A DNA stretch of 33,805 bases from IMG/VR virus record IMGVR_UViG_3300001748_000001; one strand, 5' to 3'. Within the stretch, counting starts at the first letter, position 1. Every line of letters begins with the position of its first letter. This DNA is from a virus. Shown here one piece after another: positions 22,206-31,248 of this stretch. The position numbers were made by a program, and so were the translations under genes. The notes under the pieces are model-generated. The model made no database searches. It saw only the letters and a list, made by a program, of their open reading frames with translations, and was not told the DNA's origin.

Positions 22206-22415
22206 ATGAAACAAATAAAAGATTTAAAAACAATACTACATTTTAAAAAAGGGGATTATGTTTACAGATATGTTCTAGTAGACAGATTTAAGAATACTTC
22301 TAAAGTACATTATGGTTTTGATTCAAAACTAGAAAGAACTGAACACGAAATATTTGCATTAGAAGATAATAGAAAACTCAGAAGAAAGTATATTATTAAA
22401 AATGACAACAAGTGA
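22206..22415 (+). CDS. Small hypothetical protein, tandem paralog 1
   Basis: The track ATG at 22179 lies inside the terminator stem, so ATG 22206 is more plausible. Shares LHFKKGDYVYRYVLVD with the next ORF. Confidence 0.45.
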   Translation: MKQIKDLKTILHFKKGDYVYRYVLVDRFKNTSKVHYGFDSKLERTEHEIFALEDNRKLRRKYIIKNDNK

Positions 22416-22626
22416 CTTTGATCCTAGAAATTTAGGATTGTATAAAGAACCTAAAGATTTATTGCATTTTCAATGGCAAGACGATACTAAGGTATATAGA
22501 TATGCTTTAGTTGAAATTATTGACGAAAAAGATATTAATAGTAGAACCAAGCAGAAAAAAGATGAGTTGCAATTAACTCAAAAAGAAATATGGAGTAAGT
22601 ATGGCATCAGTAGTAGATATTTGTAA
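22402..22626 (+). CDS. Small hypothetical protein, tandem paralog 2
   Basis: LLHFQWQDDTKVYRYALVE matches the preceding ORF. Confidence 0.45.
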   Translation: MTTSDFDPRNLGLYKEPKDLLHFQWQDDTKVYRYALVEIIDEKDINSRTKQKKDELQLTQKEIWSKYGISSRYL

Positions 22627-23182
22627 TGGAGCATTAAATCAACTTGGTGCATCCACAATCTTAACTTTGACAGAAGATTCTAAGAATGCAAGGCTTTGCA
22701 ATGCAAGATATACCCAAGTAAGAGATTCAGTATTTAGATCTCATCCATGGAATTGTTTACAAAAAAGAGTTCAACTTGCTGCAGATACAGATACTCCAGC
22801 ATGGGGATTTACACAACAATATACTTTACCTGCAGATTGTTTAAGAGTTTTAACTATACTTGATTATGATGCAGATTATAAAATTGAAGGTAGAAAAATT
22901 TTAACTGATAACTCTAACATGAAAATACTTTACATAGCAAGAATTACTGATCCTAATGAATACGATGAATTATTAAGAGAAACATTATCAGCTGCACTTG
23001 CGGCAGACATTGCTTATGCAGTAACAAGTTCTAATCCAACAGCTTCTAATATGTATAATTTATTTAAAGATAAATTAAAAGAAGCAAGATTTGTAGATGC
23101 CACTGAAGGTCAAAATCAAAATCCAGAAAAAGGTATGGCAGATGTTGTTGGTGCTGATACATTTATTAATTCAAGGTTTTAA
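22601..23182 (+). CDS. Head-tail adaptor / tail tubular protein A (T7 gp11-like)
   Basis: N-terminal VVDICNGALNQLGASTILTLTEDSKNARLCNARY...HPWNC is typical of this family. RBS GGAG. Confidence 0.6.
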   Translation: MASVVDICNGALNQLGASTILTLTEDSKNARLCNARYTQVRDSVFRSHPWNCLQKRVQLAADTDTPAWGFTQQYTLPADCLRVLTILDYDADYKIEGRKILTDNSNMKILYIARITDPNEYDELLRETLSAALAADIAYAVTSSNPTASNMYNLFKDKLKEARFVDATEGQNQNPEKGMADVVGADTFINSRF

Positions 23183-23185
23183 TTA

Positions 23186-25420
23186 ATGGCACGAGTTGCA
23201 GTACAACTAACCAATTTTACTGGTGGTGAATTATCACCAAGACTAGATGGTCGTAATGATCTAGCTAAATATCCTACAGGATGCAAGACATTAGAGAATA
23301 TGATTATCTACCCACATGGTAGTGCTGCAAGAAGAAGTGGTACACAATATGTAGCGGAAGTAAAAGATTCTACAAAAGAAACAAGATTGATTCCTTTTGA
23401 ATTTTCTACAACACAAACTTACATACTTGAGTTTGGCGATCAGTATATTAGATTTTATAAAGACAATGGTCAAATATTATCGGGTGGTTCAGCTTATGAA
23501 ATATCTTCACCTTATTTAGAAGCAGAACTTTTTGATATTAAATATGCTCAATCTGCTGATGTGATGTATATCTGTCATCCAAGTCATCCAGTACAAAAGC
23601 TATCAAGAACAGGTCATACTGCCTGGACACTAACAGATGTTGATTTTCAAAATGGACCATTCATGGATCACAATATCTCAACAACTACATTAACACCTTC
23701 ACATACTGCAGTTGGATCTAGTGGTAATTTAACTCTATCATCAACTACTGGAGTTAATAATGATCAAGGTTGGTTATCTACTGATGTAGATAGATTAGTT
23801 CATTTTAAAGATGGTCATTATAAAATTACTTCAGTAACTTCAACAACAGTTGCTGTAGCTACATCTATAGTTGCTCCTTCTTCTAGTTCTGCTGATACAG
23901 ATTTTGCATTAGGATCATTTTCAGATACTACAGGTCATCCTTCTTGCGTAACCTTTTTTGAACAAAGATTAGTATTCGCTGCAACATTATCACAACCACA
24001 AACATTATTCTTTTCTAAGTCTGGTGATTATGAAAACATGGATGATAACTATCATGGAACAGTAGCAGATGATGATGCAATCATTTACACTATTGCTTCT
24101 AACCAAGTAAACGCAATCAGATTTATGACCGCTACAAGAACTTTAATCATTGGTACAGCTGGTGGTGAGTTTGCAGTTAGTGGTGGTGGAACTGATATTG
24201 CAATCACACCTACAAACATATTAATTAAAAAACAATCTAACAATGGTGCTGCAAATGTTGATGCACTTGCTGTTGGTAATGCTACTTTGTTTTTACAAAG
24301 AGCTAAAAGAAAATTAAGAGAACTAGCTTACAACTTTGATGTTGATGGTTATATTGCTCCAGACTTAACTATCCTTGCAGAACACATTTCAGAAGGTGGA
24401 TTCAAACAACTATCGTATCAACAAGAACCTAATCAAATTATTTGGTGTGTTAGAACTGATGGTCAGTTAGTTGGACTCACTTATCAAAGAGAACAACAAG
24501 TTGTTGCTTGGCATAGACATATATTCGGTGGATCATTTGGAAGTGGTAATGCAGTTTGTGAAAGTGCTGCTACTATTCCAACAGATGATTCAGAATATCA
24601 AAGCTGGGTTATTGTAAAAAGAACGATTAATGGAACGACTAAAAGATATATTGAATATATTCATAATTATGATTTTGATGAAACAGATGATACTTCATTT
24701 AATTTTTTAGATTCACAATTAAATTATAGTGGTGCAACATCTACATTAGATGGAGCAATTACAGATTCTGATACAACAATTACTTTAGATGATGCTTCTA
24801 GTTTTACAACAACAGGTACAATTAAAATTGGAACTGAAATAATTACTTATACTGGTAAATCATCAAATGATTTAACAGGATGCACAAGAGGTACAAATGG
24901 TACTACAGCAGCTGCTCATGTAGATGCTAAAGAAGTTTTACAAGTTGTAAGTTCTCTTTCTGGACTTTCTCATCTTGAAGGTGAAACAGTTTCAATATTA
25001 GGTGATGGTGCAACTCATCCAAATAAAACTGTAAGTTCTGCAGCAATAACTTTAGATCGTTTTGTTAATAAAGCTAAAGTTGGTTTGCCATACACATCTT
25101 TATTACAAACAATGAGAATAGATGCAGGTTCACAAGATGGTACATCACAAGCTAAAACAAAAAGAATATTTGATATTACTATAAGACTTTATGAATCGAT
25201 TGGTGTAGAGGTTGGTCCAGACTTATCTAATATGGAACGAATACCATTTAGATCTTCTGCAAATCCTATGGATAGTGGTATAGCAGTATTTACTGGAGAT
25301 AAAGAAGTAGAGTTCAGAGGTAATTATGAAACTGATGGATTTATTTATGTTCGACAAACACAACCTTTACCTTTGACAATATTATCTTTATATCCAAGAT
25401 TACAAACAAACGATGGATAA
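23186..25420 (+). CDS. Tail tubular protein B / nozzle (T7 gp12-like)
   Basis: 744 aa. N-terminal FTGGELSPRLDGRNDLAKYPTGCKTLENMIIYPHGSAARRSGTQYV is typical of podovirus nozzle proteins. Confidence 0.6.
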   Translation: MARVAVQLTNFTGGELSPRLDGRNDLAKYPTGCKTLENMIIYPHGSAARRSGTQYVAEVKDSTKETRLIPFEFSTTQTYILEFGDQYIRFYKDNGQILSGGSAYEISSPYLEAELFDIKYAQSADVMYICHPSHPVQKLSRTGHTAWTLTDVDFQNGPFMDHNISTTTLTPSHTAVGSSGNLTLSSTTGVNNDQGWLSTDVDRLVHFKDGHYKITSVTSTTVAVATSIVAPSSSSADTDFALGSFSDTTGHPSCVTFFEQRLVFAATLSQPQTLFFSKSGDYENMDDNYHGTVADDDAIIYTIASNQVNAIRFMTATRTLIIGTAGGEFAVSGGGTDIAITPTNILIKKQSNNGAANVDALAVGNATLFLQRAKRKLRELAYNFDVDGYIAPDLTILAEHISEGGFKQLSYQQEPNQIIWCVRTDGQLVGLTYQREQQVVAWHRHIFGGSFGSGNAVCESAATIPTDDSEYQSWVIVKRTINGTTKRYIEYIHNYDFDETDDTSFNFLDSQLNYSGATSTLDGAITDSDTTITLDDASSFTTTGTIKIGTEIITYTGKSSNDLTGCTRGTNGTTAAAHVDAKEVLQVVSSLSGLSHLEGETVSILGDGATHPNKTVSSAAITLDRFVNKAKVGLPYTSLLQTMRIDAGSQDGTSQAKTKRIFDITIRLYESIGVEVGPDLSNMERIPFRSSANPMDSGIAVFTGDKEVEFRGNYETDGFIYVRQTQPLPLTILSLYPRLQTNDG

Positions 25421-25865
25421 CATATTAAATATTGTTAAATACAAAGGAGAACATGGTCAATACATTATGAAACAAAAAATGAATCATGTATTGATGGATA
25501 AAGATATGGAATTTGATGGTAACCCAATGAACTTAGAACAAGATAACTTAGCATTTACTGGTATGATTGATGGTGAACCTATCTTTGCAGCAGGTATGAA
25601 AATTGTTTGGGGGAGTGTTGCAGAGGGTTGGGTAATTGCAACAAATAAAGTTTTACAACATCCACTTCTTGTTGCACGAGCTATTAAGAAAGATTTTGCA
25701 AGAGTTGCTAAAGAAAACAATATCAAAAGAGTTCAAACTGCTGTAAGAGCTGACTATACAACTGGTTTAAAATTTGCTAAATGGTTAGGTTTACAGGAAG
25801 AAGGATTAATGAGAAAATTTGGTTTCGATGGTTCTGATCAATATATGTATGCGAGGATATTTTAA
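25413..25865 (+). CDS. GNAT-fold-like protein in the T7 gp13 position
   Basis: The C-terminal RVQTAVRADYTTGLKFAKWLGLQEEGLMRKFGFDGSDQYMYA resembles the GNAT beta-alpha-beta end. By eye only. Confidence 0.35.
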   Translation: MDNILNIVKYKGEHGQYIMKQKMNHVLMDKDMEFDGNPMNLEQDNLAFTGMIDGEPIFAAGMKIVWGSVAEGWVIATNKVLQHPLLVARAIKKDFARVAKENNIKRVQTAVRADYTTGLKFAKWLGLQEEGLMRKFGFDGSDQYMYARIF

Positions 25866-25867
25866 TT

Positions 25868-26326
25868 ATGGGATGGACAGCAGCATTAACCGCAGCAACA
25901 GCAGTAACATCAGTAGCCGCAGCAAGACAGGCATCAGCAGCTGGTAAATACAATCAAGCTATTCAAGAAAGAAATGCACAAGTTGCAGAACAAGAAGCTG
26001 AACAAATTGAAAGACAAAAAGAATTTGATATTGCTAAATTTGATCAACAGTTCGCACAACTACAAGGTCAAACTAAAACAAGAATATTATTTTCTGGTGC
26101 AGAACTTTCTGGTTCTGGATTAAGAATATTAAGACAGAATGCAGAACAAGCAGAAATTGAAAAAGACATTATAGATTATAATGCAAAAATAGGTCAAGCA
26201 AGAAAATTTGAAGAAGCTAACTTTTCAAGAATGCAAGGTCAAGTTGCTAGAAATCAAGCTCGATCTGCTGAACTTGGATATTATGCACAAGCAGGTACAA
26301 GTTTATTAAGAGGATTTGGAGAATAA
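25868..26326 (+). CDS. Internal virion / ejection protein (gp14 position)
   Basis: Ala/Thr-rich hydrophobic N-terminus WTAALTAATAVTSVAAA followed by Q/E-rich coiled coil. Assigned by synteny. Confidence 0.4.
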   Translation: MGWTAALTAATAVTSVAAARQASAAGKYNQAIQERNAQVAEQEAEQIERQKEFDIAKFDQQFAQLQGQTKTRILFSGAELSGSGLRILRQNAEQAEIEKDIIDYNAKIGQARKFEEANFSRMQGQVARNQARSAELGYYAQAGTSLLRGFGE

Positions 26327-26327
26327 T

Positions 26328-27731
26328 ATGCCAAAGATTCCTACATTCACAGCACAGGGTAGACCTACCGCAGAAGCACCAAGTGTTAGAACTGGTATTC
26401 AGATTTCACCTACTGCCACACCTGCTGCTGGATTACTTCCAGCTTTAAATGAATTAACAGATTACTCAATAAAAAAAAGAGATACTGCCGAAAAAGTAGA
26501 AGCTGCAAAAAAAGTTTTTGAAATAAAAGGTGAACTTGATAAATATTTAGAAGCTGAAAAAGAAAATATTAATGATGAAGATGCAATCAGTAATTTTAAA
26601 AATAAATATAATAATTACATTAATCAACAATTACTTGGTGTAAAAAATAATAGAGTTAAAAAAAGAATACAACAAAATTTAGATTTAGAATATTCAGAGT
26701 ATGTTTATAATATTAAAAACAATTCTTACAAAGCATTAGAAACAGAAAGTTTAACAACAATCAATAATGAAATAAATTCTTTATCTGGCAAATATGCAAC
26801 ATCAGATAATCCAATATTAAAAGTTAAATATAAAACACAAGCAAAAGAAAAAGTCAGACAGTTTGCTGAAGATTTTGACTTACCAAAAAATGTATTAGAT
26901 AAAAAATTAGAAGCTGTTGATAGAGATTTTTTATTAGCGGATATGCAACAATTTGCTGGTAAAATAAATGGTGCTTCTGAAATTAAAAACTTAGATGATA
27001 GTTTAAATGGAAGTAAATTTTTAAATGACCAAGATTTTTCAACTGGTGTTTATAATGCTTACAATTCAAAAATATCTGAACTTACAGTAAAAGGTGATCC
27101 AAATTCTGACTATGATAGAGCTGTAGAATTATTAGATGAATTAAAAGACTTTGAAAGATCAAATGGTTATAAAGTTAAGACAGGAGATATATCCGTTAAG
27201 ATTGATAGCTTAGAACAAAAAATATTAAATGAACAAATATCTCACGATAAGATAATAAGAACTCAAGGAGATAATAAATTATTTTATGGATATGCCAATG
27301 ATTTAAAAGATAGTTTATCTAAAAGTATTGCTGATCCTTTTGGACAACCAGAATTACAAGATAGATTAGCAGCAGTAGAAATTGAACAAGAATTTGATAA
27401 AAGAATAAAAGAATATACTTTAGCAAATCCAGAAGCAACTTTAGCTGAAAAACAAGCCTATGCTAGATCAACAACTTATGTTTTAAAAAGTAAATATGAA
27501 GATAATAAAATAGAAAAAGCATCTACATTTAATTTACAACAAAGTGATACAGAAATTTTATCACAGTATAACGATACTGTTAATGATATGAAAAAATTAT
27601 CAGAAGGTACATTAGATCAAGATACAATAGAATCTTATGAAAGTTTAGCAAGAGCTAATGGTTATCAAGATATTCAATCATTTATGAATGATTACTTACC
27701 ATTATTGAAATCTCAAATTCAAGGACAATAA
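26328..27731 (+). CDS. Internal virion / ejection protein (gp15 position)
   Basis: GGAG 6 nt before ATG 26328 (the track start 26316 is TTG). 467 aa, helical. Assigned by synteny. Confidence 0.4.
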   Translation: MPKIPTFTAQGRPTAEAPSVRTGIQISPTATPAAGLLPALNELTDYSIKKRDTAEKVEAAKKVFEIKGELDKYLEAEKENINDEDAISNFKNKYNNYINQQLLGVKNNRVKKRIQQNLDLEYSEYVYNIKNNSYKALETESLTTINNEINSLSGKYATSDNPILKVKYKTQAKEKVRQFAEDFDLPKNVLDKKLEAVDRDFLLADMQQFAGKINGASEIKNLDDSLNGSKFLNDQDFSTGVYNAYNSKISELTVKGDPNSDYDRAVELLDELKDFERSNGYKVKTGDISVKIDSLEQKILNEQISHDKIIRTQGDNKLFYGYANDLKDSLSKSIADPFGQPELQDRLAAVEIEQEFDKRIKEYTLANPEATLAEKQAYARSTTYVLKSKYEDNKIEKASTFNLQQSDTEILSQYNDTVNDMKKLSEGTLDQDTIESYESLARANGYQDIQSFMNDYLPLLKSQIQGQ

Positions 27732-30700
27732 ATGGCTAATGAATTTTCTCCAGAGGTTCTAAATTTATTAGAAACCTTCAATAAAGAAACTATAAAAATA
27801 GAACCAGTTAATTCTGGTTTAGTAAAAAATCCAGATCAAGAAGATGTAAACTATTGGAATATTGCAACAGATATGGCTTTATCTGCACCACAGGGTATTG
27901 TTAATGCAGTTGAAGAACAAGGTGATTTTTTAGATGAAAATATAGTTTCATTGGGTGGATTAGAATTTGGGGATAAAGATGGTAAATTAACATTTAAAGA
28001 TTTTATTCCAAAATATGTTTCACCTTCAAAATGGAAAGCAGAAGAGTATTCAAAAAAAAGACAATTACCAGTATTTCATAAACCAGAAACATTAGCTGGA
28101 GATATGACAGAAGGAGTTACAAGATTTCTTACTGGCTTTGCAGGACCAGCTAAATTTTTAAAAGGTGCAGGTCTAGCAGGTACATCTGCAAAAGCAATTT
28201 CAAGAGGTATGGTTGCAGGTGCTGTTGCTGATCTTACTGTCTTTGATCCAAACGAAGGTAGACTATCAGATATGTTAATAGAATTTGATTCACCTGTTTT
28301 AAATAATGCGGTTACTCAATATCTGGCTACAGATAAAAATGATGGTGAAATGGAAGGTAGATTAAAAAATGTTTTAGAGGGAATGTTACTTGGTGGAGTA
28401 GCTGAATCTATATTTTATGGAATAAAAGGTTTTAAAAAAATGAAACAAACAAAAGATTTAGATAAGAGAGCTGTATTACAAAAAAGAGCAGATGAAATTA
28501 TTAAAGATGCACAAAAAGGAAGAAAGTCAAAAAGATTAAGAAAATTTGCATTAGAAGATAATGATGCAATTAATACTAAAGAAGCATTAAAAGTAATTAC
28601 TAAATCAAAGGAAACTGCAAAACAAGATGCAGAACTTTGGTTAAAAAAAATATTAAATACCAAATCATTTACAGGTGGTGAACAAGTATTAAGAACAATA
28701 GATAATATTGTTGATAATGGTTTTGATGATCTTACAAAAGAATTTTTAGAAAATGATGTATTGGCAAATGATGTTGCATTGGAACTTGCAGAGATTGCGG
28801 GTAGAGATCAGAAAGAAGTATTAAAAGCTATTACAAAAGAAGGTGTAAGATCTAAAGATGCAACAGTTAGAATGCTTACCAATAAAATGTTTTTACAACA
28901 ATTAGGTCAAGATTATATAGATGTATCTGCAAAATATTTAGATGAGTTTGGAGAGAATGTAGACAAATGGTCTAAAGAAGCTAAAGAAGAAATGGCTTTA
29001 AGAGGTAAAGTTATTCAAGAAACAACTTATGCTTTGAAAGAACAAATCAGAAGTGCTGCTAGAGTTACACAAGCAGGAAGAATTAAAGTTACACGATCTG
29101 GTGGTAAAATTTTAGAAGTAGAAGATATTGCTAATAATATAAAAAACTTCAATGCTAATCCTGCTGTACTTGCAAAAAAAATAAAAGATATGAAACCTAA
29201 AGATGCAATCCATGAAATTGCAAAAACTAAATCTCAAAAAACTATAGAAGTATTTAACTCATTATATATCAACTCATTGCTTTCTGGAACTTACACTCAT
29301 GCTGTAAACTTTTTATCTAACTCTTATGAATTATTATTAAGACCATTAGAACAAATTTCTGGTGGTGCTTTAAGAGGCGATATTAGATCAATAAGAACTG
29401 GATTTGCACAATACCAAGGAATGTTATTTACAATGGGTGATACCATAAAAGCAGTTGGTACAGCATTAAGACAAGGAGATGCAATTCTTGATCCATTATC
29501 AAGAACACAAGATAACTTGAGAATTGTAAATGGAAAAGCTGTTAGACCTATTAGTGGTTCTAATCTTGGATTTAATGGTAAAGTTGGAACAGCAATAGAT
29601 TGGTTGGGTTTTGTATCAGAATTACCAACAAGATTACTTATGGGTTCTGATGAATTATTTAAACAAATGAATTACAGAGGAAGATTATTTGCATCAGCAA
29701 TCGATAATACTTTAGAACTTGGTTTAGATATTAGTTCAAAAGAAGGTAAAGCAAATATAGATAAAATATTTAAAGAAGGTTTTGATAAAAATGGAATGGC
29801 AAATGTAAAAGATAATGCAATAGCAGCTGAAGCATTACAACAATCAAGAATATCTACATTTACAAATACATTAGAAGATGGAAGATTTTTAAATATTGGT
29901 GGTGCATGGCAAAAGTTTTTACAAAAAGCACCATACCTAAGATTCCTATCTCCTTTTGTTAGAACCCCAACAAACTTATGGAGACAATTTGAAACTCGTA
30001 TTCCTGTATATGGTGGATTTACAAAACCTATGCGAGACCTTTGGAGAACAGGAGATCGTAGAGCAAGAGCTGAAGTTTTGGGTAGACAAATATTTGGAAC
30101 TTCTGCTGCATTTTATGCTTATCATTTAACTCAATCTTCAGTTACTGATAAAAATGGAAATGTATATCCAAAGATTACAGGAGAAGGACCAAAAGATTTT
30201 AATGTTAAAAAAACATGGTTAAATAATGGATGGCAACCTTATTCTATTGCACAACAAAATAAAGATGGAAGTATAACTTATAAACAATACAATAGAATGG
30301 ATCCTCGATTTTATATCTTTGGAATTATGGCAGATATAAATGAAAATAATTTAAACATTAATGATGAATCAAAAGAAAATATGTTTGCTGTTGCAGTTAT
30401 TTCTGCAATGAAATCTGCTACTAATAAATCATATTTAAGAGGTATATCTGATGGTATGGAACTTATTGAAAGACCTACTGTAGAAAATTTTGAAAAATAT
30501 TTTGGTAGACAAATAGGTAATGCAATTCCTTATCAAGCATTAATAGGTCAAGGTATTCCAGGTATTACAGAATATGATTCTGATATGTTAGAAGCTAGAG
30601 GATTTGTTGATGAAATTATTAAGAAAGCACCATTTATAAATAAAACAGAATATTTAGAAGTAAGAAGAGATATACTTACAGGAGAACCTATTGAAAGAAC

Positions 30701-31226
30701 TCCTAATGCAATATATTTTAATCCAGAAGGTGGATTATCATTTTTAGGATTAACACAAGGACCATTTTTAGTTGGAAGAAAAATAGATGTTAAAGATGAT
30801 CCTGTTACATTAGAGATTGCAAGATTAAAAGTATCTTTGCCAGATCCACCAAAGATTAAAGAAAGAAAAGTACAATTATTAGATTATAAAATTAATGATC
30901 AATCTGCTTATGATTATTGGATAGAAAGAATTGGTAAAACAGAAATAAGAGGTATAACTTTAAAAGATAAATTAGACCAAACATTCAATTCTTTAGCTTA
31001 TAAAAGAAGAAAAGAAGGAGATGAAGATTTTGATGGTGGTAAAGAAAAAACTATTCAAAAGATATTTCTTGTATATAAAAAACAGGCTTATGGTGATATG
31101 CTTAAAAAATATGAAGAAGTAGATAAAGCTATCAAAGAAGCTAAGAAAGAGAAATATGGATTTTTAAAACCTATGAGATTAGGAGAAATTAAAGAAGAAC
31201 CAAAAGAACTATTGCCTAGAATGTAA
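27732..31226 (+). CDS. Large internal virion / ejection protein (gp16 position)
   Basis: 1164 aa, the largest gene, lying between the gp15-position gene and the tail fibre. No catalytic motif recognised by eye. Confidence 0.45.
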   Translation: MANEFSPEVLNLLETFNKETIKIEPVNSGLVKNPDQEDVNYWNIATDMALSAPQGIVNAVEEQGDFLDENIVSLGGLEFGDKDGKLTFKDFIPKYVSPSKWKAEEYSKKRQLPVFHKPETLAGDMTEGVTRFLTGFAGPAKFLKGAGLAGTSAKAISRGMVAGAVADLTVFDPNEGRLSDMLIEFDSPVLNNAVTQYLATDKNDGEMEGRLKNVLEGMLLGGVAESIFYGIKGFKKMKQTKDLDKRAVLQKRADEIIKDAQKGRKSKRLRKFALEDNDAINTKEALKVITKSKETAKQDAELWLKKILNTKSFTGGEQVLRTIDNIVDNGFDDLTKEFLENDVLANDVALELAEIAGRDQKEVLKAITKEGVRSKDATVRMLTNKMFLQQLGQDYIDVSAKYLDEFGENVDKWSKEAKEEMALRGKVIQETTYALKEQIRSAARVTQAGRIKVTRSGGKILEVEDIANNIKNFNANPAVLAKKIKDMKPKDAIHEIAKTKSQKTIEVFNSLYINSLLSGTYTHAVNFLSNSYELLLRPLEQISGGALRGDIRSIRTGFAQYQGMLFTMGDTIKAVGTALRQGDAILDPLSRTQDNLRIVNGKAVRPISGSNLGFNGKVGTAIDWLGFVSELPTRLLMGSDELFKQMNYRGRLFASAIDNTLELGLDISSKEGKANIDKIFKEGFDKNGMANVKDNAIAAEALQQSRISTFTNTLEDGRFLNIGGAWQKFLQKAPYLRFLSPFVRTPTNLWRQFETRIPVYGGFTKPMRDLWRTGDRRARAEVLGRQIFGTSAAFYAYHLTQSSVTDKNGNVYPKITGEGPKDFNVKKTWLNNGWQPYSIAQQNKDGSITYKQYNRMDPRFYIFGIMADINENNLNINDESKENMFAVAVISAMKSATNKSYLRGISDGMELIERPTVENFEKYFGRQIGNAIPYQALIGQGIPGITEYDSDMLEARGFVDEIIKKAPFINKTEYLEVRRDILTGEPIERTPNAIYFNPEGGLSFLGLTQGPFLVGRKIDVKDDPVTLEIARLKVSLPDPPKIKERKVQLLDYKINDQSAYDYWIERIGKTEIRGITLKDKLDQTFNSLAYKRRKEGDEDFDGGKEKTIQKIFLVYKKQAYGDMLKKYEEVDKAIKEAKKEKYGFLKPMRLGEIKEEPKELLPRM

Positions 31227-31248
31227 ATTAACTATATAGAGAAACAAT

